Shown: positions 46,442-56,117 of the stretch, piece by piece
How the letters are laid out: each line of letters opens with the position of its first letter
Numbering within the stretch: the stretch's first letter is position 1
From: Nitrospirota bacterium
Lineage (GTDB): Bacteria > JACPQY01
Assembly (NCBI GenBank): GCA_016180645.1
Contig: JACPAV010000002.1
Location: 1 to 64,000, forward strand
Reading direction: 5' to 3'
DNA: 64,000 nt
Made by a program: the position numbers and the translations under genes
The notes under the pieces: model-generated
Databases searched by the model: none
What the model was told of the DNA's origin: nothing
The model's input: the letters and a program-made list of their open reading frames with translations, nothing else

Positions 46442-46500
46442 ATGGCGAATCAGATCGCCGTCCCCGAGGCGAAGCGGAGCGGGGTGGCGTGATTCGCCAT
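46442..46500. repeat. REP-like hairpin at the right end of the psd/pssA insertion
   Basis: atggcgaatca...tgattcgccat 11-bp arms enclosing tcgccgtccccgaggcgaagcggagcgggg. Confidence 0.6.
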
Positions 46501-46501
46501 T

Positions 46502-46531
46502 TTGCAAAAGTTCCGCCAAGTGGCTTACAAT
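46502..46531 (+). promoter_or_regulatory. Sigma-70-like promoter for pssA-leuA (probably leaderless)
   Basis: TTGCAA-18-TACAAT, 7 nt before ATG 46539. Confidence 0.5.
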
Positions 46532-46538
46532 GACATTT

Positions 46539-47333
46539 ATGGTTGAACCGGCAAGAATTGTTCGTCTGGACGGGTTGAGGAAGGGCATTTACCTCCTGCC
46601 CAATCTGTTGACTACCTTCAGCCTGTTCTCAGGCTTCTACTCGATCGTGGCCACGTTCCAGGGAAATCATCTCAACGCGGCCATCGCCATTCTCGTGTCG
46701 GCCTTCTTCGACGCGTCGGACGGCAAGGTGGCGCGCCTCACGCACACCACGAGTCGATTCGGCGTCGAATACGACTCCCTGGCCGACCTCGTCGCCTTCG
46801 GTGTCGCCCCGGCGTTCCTGATTTACCACTGGGCGCTCGGTCCCTGGGGACGGTTGGGCTGGCTGGCGGCGTTCCTTTTCATGGCCTGTGGCGCGTTGCG
46901 CCTCGCGCGGTTCAACGTCCAGTTCGATTCGGTGGAGCATAAGTGGTTCACCGGTCTGCCCATCCCCGGCGCGGCAGCCATGGTCGCTTCGACTTACCTG
47001 CTCTACAATTTCCTTGGGAAAGAGGTACTCGACAGCCGGAAGTTCGTCTTCCTGGCGATGGCCTACCTCCTCGCCCTCTTGATGGTCAGCACCATCCGCT
47101 ACCCGAGCTTCAAGGAAGTGGAATTCATCCAGAAAAAACCCATTCGCTGGCTGGCCCTCTTCGTCCTCGCCATCACGTTCGTGGTGTGGCAACCCGAACC
47201 GACGTTCTTCGTCGGCATGTTGACCTACGTCTGCACCGGACCGGTCGGCGCGATCATCCGCAAAGTCAAGGGCCTGCGCGAACCGCAGGAAGAAGACCTC
47301 AAAGAGATCGAGGACGCCGGCGATGTGTTTTGA
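46539..47333 (+). CDS. pssA: CDP-diacylglycerol--serine O-phosphatidyltransferase
   Basis: LLPNLLT, DASDGKVAR...S.FGVEYDSLADLVAFGVAPA, ALRLARFN, F.GLP.P. Confidence 0.96.
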   Translation: MVEPARIVRLDGLRKGIYLLPNLLTTFSLFSGFYSIVATFQGNHLNAAIAILVSAFFDASDGKVARLTHTTSRFGVEYDSLADLVAFGVAPAFLIYHWALGPWGRLGWLAAFLFMACGALRLARFNVQFDSVEHKWFTGLPIPGAAAMVASTYLLYNFLGKEVLDSRKFVFLAMAYLLALLMVSTIRYPSFKEVEFIQKKPIRWLALFVLAITFVVWQPEPTFFVGMLTYVCTGPVGAIIRKVKGLREPQEEDLKEIEDAGDVF

Positions 47334-47336
47334 GGA

Positions 47337-47407
47337 CAGCGTTCAGCGATCAGCACTCAGCAATCAGCTCCTGCGGGCTGAAGGCTGATAGCTGACACCT
47401 GACAGCT
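47337..47407. repeat. Inverted heptamer tandem array (same family as 35967-36067)
   Basis: cagcgtt cagcgat cagcact cagcaat cagct ... gctgaag gctgata gctgaca cctgaca gct. Confidence 0.8.
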
Positions 47408-47415
47408 ATTCTCCA

Positions 47416-48963
47416 ATGACAAATAAGGTTCTGATCTTCGACACCACCCTCCGGGACGGCGAGCAGTCTCCAGGCTTCTCCATGAATATTACCGAGAAAC
47501 TCCGGATGGCCAAACAGCTCGCCAAGCTCAAGGTGGACATTATCGAGGCCGGTTTTCCCATTTCGTCGGATGGAGACTTCGAATCGGTCCGCGAAATCGC
47601 GCAGAAGGTGAGGGGACCCGTCATTTGCGGCCTCGCCCGCACGAACGATGCGGACATCGAACGGGCCGCCGAAGCTCTGAAGGGCGCACCGCGGCGCCGC
47701 ATCCACACCTTCATCGCCACGAGCGAGATCCACATGAAGTACAAGCTCAAGAAATCGGAGCGCGAAGTGCTGGAATCGGCCATCCGGGCCGTGAAGCTCG
47801 CCCGAAAGCACACGGACGACGTCGAGTTCTCCGCCGAGGACGCCACGCGAAGTGACCCCGATTTCCTCTGCGAAATCTTCTCCGCGGTCATCGCCGCGGG
47901 CGCGACCACGATCAACATCCCCGATACCGTGGGCTACACGGTGCCGGAGGAATACTTCTCACTCGTTAAGAAACTCCAAAAGGGCGTAAAAGGCATCGGG
48001 AAAGTCGTCATCTCCGTGCACTGCCACAACGATCAGGGCCTCGGCGTGGCCAACTCCCTCACGGCCGTGTCGCTCGGGGCCCGGCAGGTGGAATGCACCA
48101 TCAACGGCATCGGCGAACGCGCCGGCAACGCCGCCATGGAAGAAATCGTCATGACGCTGACGAACCGGAAGGACATCTACGGGCTCGATACGAACATCGA
48201 CACGACCCAGATCTTTCCCACGAGCCGCCTGCTCACCCAGATCACGGGCATCGGCGTCCAGCCCAACAAGGCCGTGGTGGGCCGCAATGCCTTCGCGCAC
48301 GAGGCCGGCATCCACCAGGACGGCGTCCTCAAGAAGCCGCTCACCTACGAAATCATGACGCCCCAATCGATCGGCCTATCCTCCAACTCGCTGGTCCTCG
48401 GCAAGCACTCCGGACGGCACGCGCTCAAGGTGCGGCTGGCCGAACTGGGATACGAAATGACCGAGGAACAATTCGCGCGGGCATTCAAAGAATTCAAGGA
48501 GCTGGCCGACAAGAAGAAGGAGGTCTTCGATGAGGACATCGAGGCCCTCCTGCACGACCGGGTGTTCGACATCGGCGAGACGTATGCGCTGGTCTCCCTC
48601 CATGTGTCCAGCGGCACGGATTCCACGCCGACCGCAGCCGTGGAACTCGAAATCGGCGGGAAACGGGTCGAGCGCCAATCCACCGGGGACGGACAGATCG
48701 ACGCGGCATTCAAGGCCATCGCCGAACTGACCGGAACAAAGTCGGAACTGACCGAGTTTCAGACGAAAGCCGTGACGGGCGGAACGGACGCGCAAGGCGA
48801 CGTCATCGTCAAGATCAAGGACGAGGGATTCGAAGTCACGGGACGCGGAACGCACACGGATGTCGTCCTGGCCAGCGCCAAGGCCTACGTGCATGCCCTC
48901 AACAAACTGGAGTACCACAAGAAGAGAGTCCAACAGCGCAGGGAACTCCTCAAAGGGGTATGA
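47416..48963 (+). CDS. leuA: 2-isopropylmalate synthase
   Basis: IFDTTLRDGEQSPG, INIPDTVGY, HCHND.G, NGIGERAGN, AFAHEAGIHQDG, LGKHSGRHA, regulatory domain. Confidence 0.98.
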   Translation: MTNKVLIFDTTLRDGEQSPGFSMNITEKLRMAKQLAKLKVDIIEAGFPISSDGDFESVREIAQKVRGPVICGLARTNDADIERAAEALKGAPRRRIHTFIATSEIHMKYKLKKSEREVLESAIRAVKLARKHTDDVEFSAEDATRSDPDFLCEIFSAVIAAGATTINIPDTVGYTVPEEYFSLVKKLQKGVKGIGKVVISVHCHNDQGLGVANSLTAVSLGARQVECTINGIGERAGNAAMEEIVMTLTNRKDIYGLDTNIDTTQIFPTSRLLTQITGIGVQPNKAVVGRNAFAHEAGIHQDGVLKKPLTYEIMTPQSIGLSSNSLVLGKHSGRHALKVRLAELGYEMTEEQFARAFKEFKELADKKKEVFDEDIEALLHDRVFDIGETYALVSLHVSSGTDSTPTAAVELEIGGKRVERQSTGDGQIDAAFKAIAELTGTKSELTEFQTKAVTGGTDAQGDVIVKIKDEGFEVTGRGTHTDVVLASAKAYVHALNKLEYHKKRVQQRRELLKGV

Positions 48964-48967
48964 CCAC

Positions 48968-49288
48968 ATGATTCCCGAAACCTTTGAAGCGAACGGAATC
49001 CGATGGGGATTCTGCTTCCTCATGGCGGATGCCCGCCTCTCCAGTGAGGAACGGCTCTCCCTCGTGCAACATGCCGCTACGATGTTCTTCAATGACGAGA
49101 AGGAAAGGATCCTCGACCTTCAGGCCTTCAGCGGCTGGATTCGCACGAACAACGAACACGACGTGGTCGGCAATTTCGGAGGGCGCCGTTACGACGCCGA
49201 GCTCGAAACTCCGAAGGGCAAGGTGGCCGTCCGCTTCCTGATCAAGGAACTCACGCAGAAACTTCCTCTCGGCTTCTCCAAGAACTGA
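48968..49288 (+). CDS. Hypothetical protein (106 aa)
   Basis: ATG 4 nt after the leuA stop; codon usage like that of its neighbours. Confidence 0.65.
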   Translation: MIPETFEANGIRWGFCFLMADARLSSEERLSLVQHAATMFFNDEKERILDLQAFSGWIRTNNEHDVVGNFGGRRYDAELETPKGKVAVRFLIKELTQKLPLGFSKN

Positions 49289-49441
49289 CGACCGCCAACG
49301 GGCGCAATCAGTTCGTGCTTGAAAATCGTCCCTCGGGCACTACCATGGGCGCAGGAAACTCAAGATGACCCCACCACCTGCAACCGGACGCTGTGCGTCC
49401 GAGATCCTGAGCCGCCTCCGGCGGCTGTTGGAGGTGGTGGG

Positions 49442-50848
49442 GTGACCCCTCTTGGCAAGGCGCGTCTTCCGGACTTTCCAGGGCTGAGATACCTCATCGG
49501 TCCCGGTCTCGTCTGGATGGCACTCGCCCAGGGTAGCGGCGAACTCGTCTGGTGGCCCTACATCGTAACCAAGTACGGCCTCGGTTTCCTCTTCCTCCTG
49601 ATCCCCGCCTGCCTCCTTCAACTTCCGCTGAACTTCGAAATCGGGCGGTATACCGTCATGACCGGCGAGGGTCTCTTCCGTGGGTTCCTCCGCATGAACC
49701 GAACCTTCGGCCTGATCCTCTACGTCCTCTTCATCCTTTCCTTCCTGTGGTTCGGGGCCTTCGCCTCCGCGGGCGGCACCGCCATTGCCGAATTGACCCA
49801 ATTCCCACCCGGATGGTCCGCGAAAGGACGAACGCTCTTCTGGGGCGAATTCTCGATCCTTGTTTTCTTCTCCGGTCTCCTCTTCGCAAAGGTTGTCTAT
49901 CGGCTCATCGAGTGGGTCATGAAAATCGTGGCCATAGGCACGCTGATCGGGATGGTCATTGCCTGCATGCACCCGGATGTGGTGAAGGTCTGGCTCGACG
50001 TCTTCAAAGGGCTTTTCATCCCCTCACCGCTCGCCCGCCCATGGGATCCTGCGGATGCGGAGAAGTTGCTGACGGCCATCACGTTCGCAGGCCTCGGGGG
50101 ATTCTGGACCACGTTCTATTCCTACTGGATCAAGGAGAAGAAGGTCGGCATGGCCGCACATGGCACTCAGCTTCTCGGGTTGCGGGCTGGGGCAAAATCG
50201 CTTTCGCTCGGCGGAGGCCAAGTTCCGGACATGGACTCCCACCTGATCGAGAACGCCGACCGTTGGAGCTACTACGTAATCGTCGACAGCCTCGTCGGAA
50301 TCATCGGCAACCTCATCACCACGGTCCTGACGTGCCTCCTCGCCTACGCCCTCCTGCACCCCAAGGGCATCCTGCCGGACGGATACCAGCTTGCCGTGGT
50401 CCAGGCTGAATTCTTCGAAGCCTCCTGGGGGGTGGTCGGACGCGTCCTGTTTCTCTTTGTTGCCGGCGCCTTCCTGGCTGATACGTGGCTGGCCACGGCC
50501 GATTCCGTCGCCCGGATCCACGTGGATGTGCTCAGCGTGATCTGGAAGAAAGCGGAAAACCTCGGACCCCAGAAACTGTACTACACGATGATCACCCTCC
50601 TCACCCTGATCACCGGCATTACGATGCTGTTCGACCAGCCCGGGCGATTGATTCTCCTCAGCGCCCTCATCGGCTTCGTGGGGACGGTCACGTACACCGG
50701 GGGGCTCGTCTTCCTCAACCATCGATTCCTTAAGGATCAAATGTTGGAAGACATCCGGCCGGGGAACGGAAGCCTGATCGCCCTTTGCGTGGCGTGGGCC
50801 GCGTATGGGGCTCTGATGGTCATCTATTTGAAGGTGAAGTTCTTCTAG
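49442..50848 (+). CDS. Nramp/YcsG-like APC-superfamily transporter; start uncertain
   Basis: IGPGLVWMALAQGSGELVWWP, EIGRYT..TGE, about 11 TM segments. Confidence 0.8.
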   Translation: MTPLGKARLPDFPGLRYLIGPGLVWMALAQGSGELVWWPYIVTKYGLGFLFLLIPACLLQLPLNFEIGRYTVMTGEGLFRGFLRMNRTFGLILYVLFILSFLWFGAFASAGGTAIAELTQFPPGWSAKGRTLFWGEFSILVFFSGLLFAKVVYRLIEWVMKIVAIGTLIGMVIACMHPDVVKVWLDVFKGLFIPSPLARPWDPADAEKLLTAITFAGLGGFWTTFYSYWIKEKKVGMAAHGTQLLGLRAGAKSLSLGGGQVPDMDSHLIENADRWSYYVIVDSLVGIIGNLITTVLTCLLAYALLHPKGILPDGYQLAVVQAEFFEASWGVVGRVLFLFVAGAFLADTWLATADSVARIHVDVLSVIWKKAENLGPQKLYYTMITLLTLITGITMLFDQPGRLILLSALIGFVGTVTYTGGLVFLNHRFLKDQMLEDIRPGNGSLIALCVAWAAYGALMVIYLKVKFF

Positions 50849-50851
50849 GCC

Positions 50852-52117
50852 GTGATCCGGTTCGAACTCGATCGGCCCGCTGAATTATCAACTACCATGC
50901 CCCGTGCCCAGGAGGGTACGGGGCCATGCAATGTTGCCGCGCCAGGGACGGCGCGGCATGGACCATGGCCTGACCCCCGTGGGGGGGGGGCGAGGACGGG
51001 ACGGATGGAAACGCCTCACGGGACCGTGGAGACGCCGGTGTTCTGCCCGGTGGCCTCGCAAGGCACGATCAAGGCGATGACGCCCGAAGAGGTCCAGGAC
51101 CTCGGTGGACAGGCGATCCTCTCGAACACGTACCACCTCTACCTCCGCCCCGGGCAGGAAACGATCCGAAAACATGGCGGCCTGCACGCCTTCATGAACT
51201 GGTCTGGAGCCATCATTACCGACAGCGGCGGGTATCAGGTCTTCAGCCTCGCGAATTTGAAGAAAGTGCGCGACGACGGTGTTGAATTCCAATCCCACAT
51301 CGATGGCAGCCGGCACACCTTCACTCCGGAATTGGCCGTGCGCGTTCAGGAGGCGCTCGGCTCGGATGTCATGATGGTGCTCGATGAATGCCCGCCCTAT
51401 CCCTGCTCCCCGGAACAACTGCGGGAGGCGGTTCGGCGCACCACCGAATGGGCGCGCCGATGCAAGTCGGCGCGGGGATCCCATGACGATTCCACTCGCC
51501 GTCTCCGGAACGGAGTGGAGGGGGCCGCCCGGCAGACCGATCAGGCGCTATTCGGAATCGTTCAGGGCGGGATCGACGCCGATCTCAGACGGGCATCCGC
51601 CGAATCACTGGTTGAAATCGGGTTTGACGGCTACGCGCTCGGCGGGCTCTCCGTCGGCGAGCCCAAAACGGCCATGCTGGAGACGGTGGAAGCGACGCTC
51701 CCCCATCTCCCGATCCCCTCTCCACGCTACCTCATGGGCGTCGGCGCCCCGGAAGACATCATCGAATCGATTCATCGTGGCATCGATATCTTCGATTGCA
51801 TTATTCCGACGCGGCACGCCCGGACCGGCATCCTCTACGGCCACACCGGACCCGTGAAAATCATGCACCAACGATACCGGGAGGATTCCAGCCCCATCGA
51901 CCCGGGGTGTGGCTGCTACGCCTGCCGGCACTTCTCGCGCAGCTACCTCCGGCACCTCCATGCCGCAAAGGAAATTCTCGCCGCCCGCCTCGGCACAATC
52001 CACAACCTCCATTTCTACTTTTCGCTCCTGCGCGAATCGAGGGAAGCCATCCGCCAAGGGGCATGGCCCGCCTTCCGCACCCGTTTTCTGGCCGCCTACG
52101 ACCCCTCAGGGGGCTGA
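50852..52117 (+). CDS. tgt: tRNA-guanine transglycosylase with two in-frame insertions
   Basis: ARTG...TPHG.VETPVF, NTYHL.LRPG, TDSGGYQVFSL, FGIVQGG, GGLSVGE, YLMGVG, FDC..PTR, C.C..C...H zinc site. Confidence 0.97.
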   Translation: MIRFELDRPAELSTTMPRAQEGTGPCNVAAPGTARHGPWPDPRGGGARTGRMETPHGTVETPVFCPVASQGTIKAMTPEEVQDLGGQAILSNTYHLYLRPGQETIRKHGGLHAFMNWSGAIITDSGGYQVFSLANLKKVRDDGVEFQSHIDGSRHTFTPELAVRVQEALGSDVMMVLDECPPYPCSPEQLREAVRRTTEWARRCKSARGSHDDSTRRLRNGVEGAARQTDQALFGIVQGGIDADLRRASAESLVEIGFDGYALGGLSVGEPKTAMLETVEATLPHLPIPSPRYLMGVGAPEDIIESIHRGIDIFDCIIPTRHARTGILYGHTGPVKIMHQRYREDSSPIDPGCGCYACRHFSRSYLRHLHAAKEILAARLGTIHNLHFYFSLLRESREAIRQGAWPAFRTRFLAAYDPSGG

Positions 52118-53068
52118 GTCCTCAGCTTGGGTGGCCTCTTCCTTTGGGTCGGGAGAGGTTGGCGGCTCCGGCGGACTCGCTTCCGATTGCGGCGGCTCAG
52201 CGCCCTCAGTCCCATTCCCTGGCACTCCAAGCTCAGGAATTTCAGGCGGGACCTCCTCCGCCTCCTCGACCTCCGCATCGATCTCCTCCTCCGCTTCGGT
52301 ATCGACCACCGGCGGCTCCACGGCAACGGGTTCTTCAACCGCGGGCATCTCCTCCGATGGTTTGGGCGCCGGCAGCCAGCGGAGGCGGCGCATCCGCTGG
52401 AGGATAATCTCCTGCCGCTTCGACACTCCCCGCGGATTTTTGTCCGGCTGCAACCGGAAGGGATTCGGCAGCATGGCGGCGAGCAGCGCGCCGTCTTCCG
52501 CTGACAGGTCCGAACTGGATTTCCCAAGGTAGCGCTTCGACGCGGCCTCTATCCCGAATACTCCCGGCCCCCACTCCGCCACGTTCAGGTACAACTCCAG
52601 GATCCGATCTTTCGTGAGCGACCGCTCCAGTCGAATAGTGAGAATCGCCTCCTCGGCCTTGCGCCAGATGGACTTCCGCGGGCTGAGCCAGAGATTCTTG
52701 GCCAGTTGTTGGGAGATCGTGCTCGCCCCGCGCGCCCATTTCTTCTTTTTCCAATCCCTTTCCATCGCTTCCTTTATTTCGTGAAAATCGAATCCCTCGT
52801 GGCTGTAGAACGCGGCATCCTCCGCGGCGAGCACGGCGTGCCGCGCCGGTCGCGACACCTGCCGCAAGGGAACCCAGGATTGCGTCACCCTCCATGTCCG
52901 TCCGGCCTTCCGGGCCTGCTTCTCGCGCACCGCCATCCAATGCGTTCTTTTCGGGTTCGTCGAATTGAAACCGGACAGGCTCGGCGCGCGCCTGAACGTA
53001 TCGGCTGCCAGCGCGAGAACGACGAGCGCAACAGCCAAGCCGAGGCGAACCCAAAAACGCCGCATCAT
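52106..53068 (-). CDS. mtgA: Monofunctional peptidoglycan transglycosylase with acidic/Pro-rich tail
   Basis: AAEDAAFYSHEGFD, RGASTISQQLAKNL, RKAEE, KDRILELYLN..EWG, LAAMLPNP. Confidence 0.93.
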   Translation of the reverse strand: MMRRFWVRLGLAVALVVLALAADTFRRAPSLSGFNSTNPKRTHWMAVREKQARKAGRTWRVTQSWVPLRQVSRPARHAVLAAEDAAFYSHEGFDFHEIKEAMERDWKKKKWARGASTISQQLAKNLWLSPRKSIWRKAEEAILTIRLERSLTKDRILELYLNVAEWGPGVFGIEAASKRYLGKSSSDLSAEDGALLAAMLPNPFRLQPDKNPRGVSKRQEIILQRMRRLRWLPAPKPSEEMPAVEEPVAVEPPVVDTEAEEEIDAEVEEAEEVPPEIPELGVPGNGTEGAEPPQSEASPPEPPTSPDPKEEATQAEDSAP

Positions 53069-53107
53069 TCGTGAAAGGTCACGCAAGCTGTGATATGAAG
53101 GGCCGCG

Positions 53108-54307
53108 GTGAAAAACAATCGATCGACCATCCTGCTCATGCTCTTCCTGGGAGCCGTGAGTGTCGCATGGTTGGGCGTACGCTTCGCGGGCATACACCTC
53201 CCCACGCCGTGGAACGCCCTCTTTCCCGGAGCCGCCATTGTTTGCGCGGCGTTCATGCTTTCGTGGTGCACCGAACTGGCCGAGCTGGACCTGCCCCGAT
53301 CGGTGGCAGTGATCCTCCTCGCCCTGGTGGCCGTTCTTCCGGAATATGCGGTGGACATTTATTTTGCGTGGCAGGCGGGAAAGAACCCGCAATACGTGCC
53401 CTACACTCTAGCGAACATGAGCGGCGGGAATCAACTCCTGATCGGGCTCGGGTGGACGTCTGTCGTGATCTTCTTCTGCCTCAAGACCCGGCGCCGCGCC
53501 GTCAGGGTCGAGCCCGGCTATCGGCTGGAGATGTTCTTTCTCCTTGCCGCCACGGTCTACTCGTTCATCCTCCCCCTCAAACGCACACTCTCCCTGTGGG
53601 ACTCCGCGGTGTTCATCGCGATGTTCGCGGCCTACGTCCGCCTCGCCATGAAGGCGGAGCACGAGGAGCCCGATCTTATCGGTCCAGCCGCCATGCTCGC
53701 CCAGCTCCCGCGCGGATTGCGGAGACTCTTTACGTACGGTGGATTCGTGTTTGCCGCCCTCGTCATCCTCTTTTCCGCCGAGCCGTTTGCAGAGGGACTT
53801 CTGGAGATGGGCCGCCATGCGGGCATCGATGAATTCATCCTCGTTCAATGGCTGGCTCCCTTGGCCAGCGAGAGTCCGGAGTTCATCGTCGCGATCCTCT
53901 TCGCGGCGCGCGGCAAGCCTCAGCTCGGCCTCGGCGCCCTCATCTCCTCCAAGATCAATCAGTGGACGCTCCTCGTCGGCATGCTCCCCATCGCGTACAG
54001 CGCCTCGATCGGCGCCCCCTCGGCCCTCCACCTCGACGACCGGCAGATCGCCGAGCTGACCGTCACCTCCGCCCAATCCTTCTTCGCGATGACGATCCTC
54101 GCCGATCTCTCGTTCGGGTTATGGGAGGCCGTCCTCGTTGCGGTCATTTTCCTCAGCCACCTCCCCTTCACCAGCGAGACCGGCCGATACATCTACGCGG
54201 GCGCGTACTTGCTCTTCAGCATGAACATGATCATCGCGAAATCGGAAAACCGGGCGGGGATCCGGGCGATGTGGAGCCACGCGCGTGAAACGTGGAGGTT
54301 GAAGTAG
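53108..54307 (+). CDS. Ca2+/cation antiporter (Na_Ca_ex superfamily)
   Basis: Two alpha-repeats: AVLPEYAVD...ANMSGGN and PLASESPEF...SSKINQWTLL. Confidence 0.88.
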   Translation: MKNNRSTILLMLFLGAVSVAWLGVRFAGIHLPTPWNALFPGAAIVCAAFMLSWCTELAELDLPRSVAVILLALVAVLPEYAVDIYFAWQAGKNPQYVPYTLANMSGGNQLLIGLGWTSVVIFFCLKTRRRAVRVEPGYRLEMFFLLAATVYSFILPLKRTLSLWDSAVFIAMFAAYVRLAMKAEHEEPDLIGPAAMLAQLPRGLRRLFTYGGFVFAALVILFSAEPFAEGLLEMGRHAGIDEFILVQWLAPLASESPEFIVAILFAARGKPQLGLGALISSKINQWTLLVGMLPIAYSASIGAPSALHLDDRQIAELTVTSAQSFFAMTILADLSFGLWEAVLVAVIFLSHLPFTSETGRYIYAGAYLLFSMNMIIAKSENRAGIRAMWSHARETWRLK

Positions 54308-54362
54308 AATAGCGGGCCGTCCAACGCCGGGACCACATGGGGTTTTCCAAGAACGCCCTGTG

Positions 54363-54422
54363 CGTAGGGGAGCATCTTTAGATGCTCCCTTTTGCCGGGA
54401 GGGTCTGAAGACCCTCCCCTAC
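54363..54422. repeat. REP doublet, family B core copy
   Basis: cgtaggggagcatctttagatgctccc...gggagggtctgaagaccctcccctac between convergent genes. Confidence 0.85.
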
Positions 54423-54427
54423 TGGAA

Positions 54428-55750
54428 CTACTGGAAGGGAACCGGGGGGCGGGCGATCGTCGCGACCTTCGGGGCGTCCTCGAGTCTCGCGAGATAAACT
54501 TCCTTTTGCCGGTCGAACTCCCTGCGATACTTCTGGGCGACGGGGATTCCGGGCGGAAACTTGACGCGCTGCGGATTCACGTATCGCCCGGCAATTTTCA
54601 GCATGTAATGCAGATGGGGCCCGGTGGTGAGGCCGCTCGATCCGACGTAACCGATAACCTGCTGCTGTCTCACGCGCGCTCCCACTCGGATGCCCCGCGC
54701 CATCCGGGAAAGATGGCTGTACGATGTCACATATTGATTGGCGTGACGGACGATCACCGTCCGCCCGGCGGGGCCCTTCCACCCGGAGTAGATCACCTGG
54801 CCGTCGGCCACGCTCCACACGGGCGTGCCCGGCCTCGCGCCGTAGTCGATGGCATAGTGGGGCCGGCCGCGGCGCAGTACCGGATGGAACCGCCAACTCG
54901 TAAATCCGGACGTGATGTAGTCGTACCGGAGCGGGGATCGAAGGAACGCCTTCCTCATGGAGCGACCTTCGGGCGAGTAATAACCCTCGATGCCCTCCGG
55001 TGACTGGTAGTAGACGGCCGTGTGGGTGCCGAAACTGCTCTCATACTTGCCGCTCAGAATCTTGCCGTAGCCGAAGAACCGGCCGTCTTTGTATTTCTTC
55101 TCGACGAGCACGGAGAATCGGTCTCCCTTTCTCGTGCCCGTGCTGAAGTCGAAGTCCCACGCGAAAACATTCACGAAGAGGCTTGCCAACTGCGCGCTTT
55201 CGCCCATGGCCAGGATCGTCTGGTAAACCGTTTGGTCCACCTCTCCATAGATGAGAGATTCCACGGATTCCAACCGGAACTCCCGCTTGCCCGAAACCAA
55301 CCCGTCCTCATGCCGTTCGACATAGAAGACATTCAATGGATCCGCGAGATAATCGAACGCGATGAGACTCTTGTCCTGCGTCTGCACCAGCCGGAATTCA
55401 TCGCCGGCTTTTACGCGGCGCACGTCGTAGCTCTTGTTGATCTCACCGACGACATTGTTCGCTTCCTGCCGGGGAAGACCCTTGTCCACCAGCGCCTGGA
55501 AAAGTGTGGAGCCGGGCTTGACTCGACCGGTTACCGTGGCTGTGGGAATTCCCGCCACATCGATTCTCGTAGACAGCCCTTTGGTGGCCGGACTCATGAC
55601 CGCGCGGGTTTCCGACTTCTTCTGCGTGAAAAGATAGGAAAGAGTGACGGCAAGAAAGACGATGAAAAGCTTCAGAACGGTGCTTGTGCGGACTTGCCCG
55701 AATTTGGCAGTCTTTTTCTCAGGAAACCCAGCCGGATTCTCCGTCACCAT
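54428..55750 (-). CDS. M23 peptidoglycan DD-endopeptidase (MepM/Csd3-like)
   Basis: N-terminal TM; FLRSPL, R.HPV, HYAIDYGA..GTPV, Y.HLS, TGPHLHY. Confidence 0.92.
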   Translation of the reverse strand: MVTENPAGFPEKKTAKFGQVRTSTVLKLFIVFLAVTLSYLFTQKKSETRAVMSPATKGLSTRIDVAGIPTATVTGRVKPGSTLFQALVDKGLPRQEANNVVGEINKSYDVRRVKAGDEFRLVQTQDKSLIAFDYLADPLNVFYVERHEDGLVSGKREFRLESVESLIYGEVDQTVYQTILAMGESAQLASLFVNVFAWDFDFSTGTRKGDRFSVLVEKKYKDGRFFGYGKILSGKYESSFGTHTAVYYQSPEGIEGYYSPEGRSMRKAFLRSPLRYDYITSGFTSWRFHPVLRRGRPHYAIDYGARPGTPVWSVADGQVIYSGWKGPAGRTVIVRHANQYVTSYSHLSRMARGIRVGARVRQQQVIGYVGSSGLTTGPHLHYMLKIAGRYVNPQRVKFPPGIPVAQKYRREFDRQKEVYLARLEDAPKVATIARPPVPFQ

Positions 55751-56004
55751 GATATTGTGACTTGCGAGGTATTTACCTGTCAAGTAAAAAATGCCTTTTT
55801 GGCCACATGGGATGTCCACTCCTCGCGGCTACTTGTGGCGCACCCGTTTCCGGCACGAATGCAAGCGAAGGAGGGAAAGAGCGATGCCCAAGGGGCTCTT
55901 ACGAATTGGATTCGCGTACGAACTTACCGCAGTGGTGAAGGGATTAGGTCTCAGCGATTGCCTCGATCGGGCAGACCGTCTACGTTGAGTGTGTCACGTT
56001 GCTA

Positions 56005-56059
56005 GATGGCCGGGGGCTTTAGCCCGCGCACTGGACGCAGCCTAAAGGCTGCGGCTACC
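56005..56059. repeat. GTAG-type REP-like double hairpin, family A copy 2
   Basis: Minus strand reads ggtagccgcagcctttaggctgcgtccagtgcgcgggctaaagccc, matching 2463 onward. Confidence 0.75.
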
Positions 56060-56117
56060 CAGAACCATCTCCACGAACCCCTCTCCCCTCCGCCTGACGA
56101 TCGCTCCAACTGCCCTC

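Noticed and set aside
46502-46519. Minus-strand TTGGCGGAACTTTTGCA sigma-54-like site
   Set aside because: Spacing fits, but it points antisense into the island with no gene to drive and overlaps a better sigma-70 promoter for pssA.
55884-55988. 34-aa ORF MPKGLLRIG... after an aaggagg-like sequence
   Set aside because: RBS spacing is long and the peptide has no recognisable features; insufficient support.
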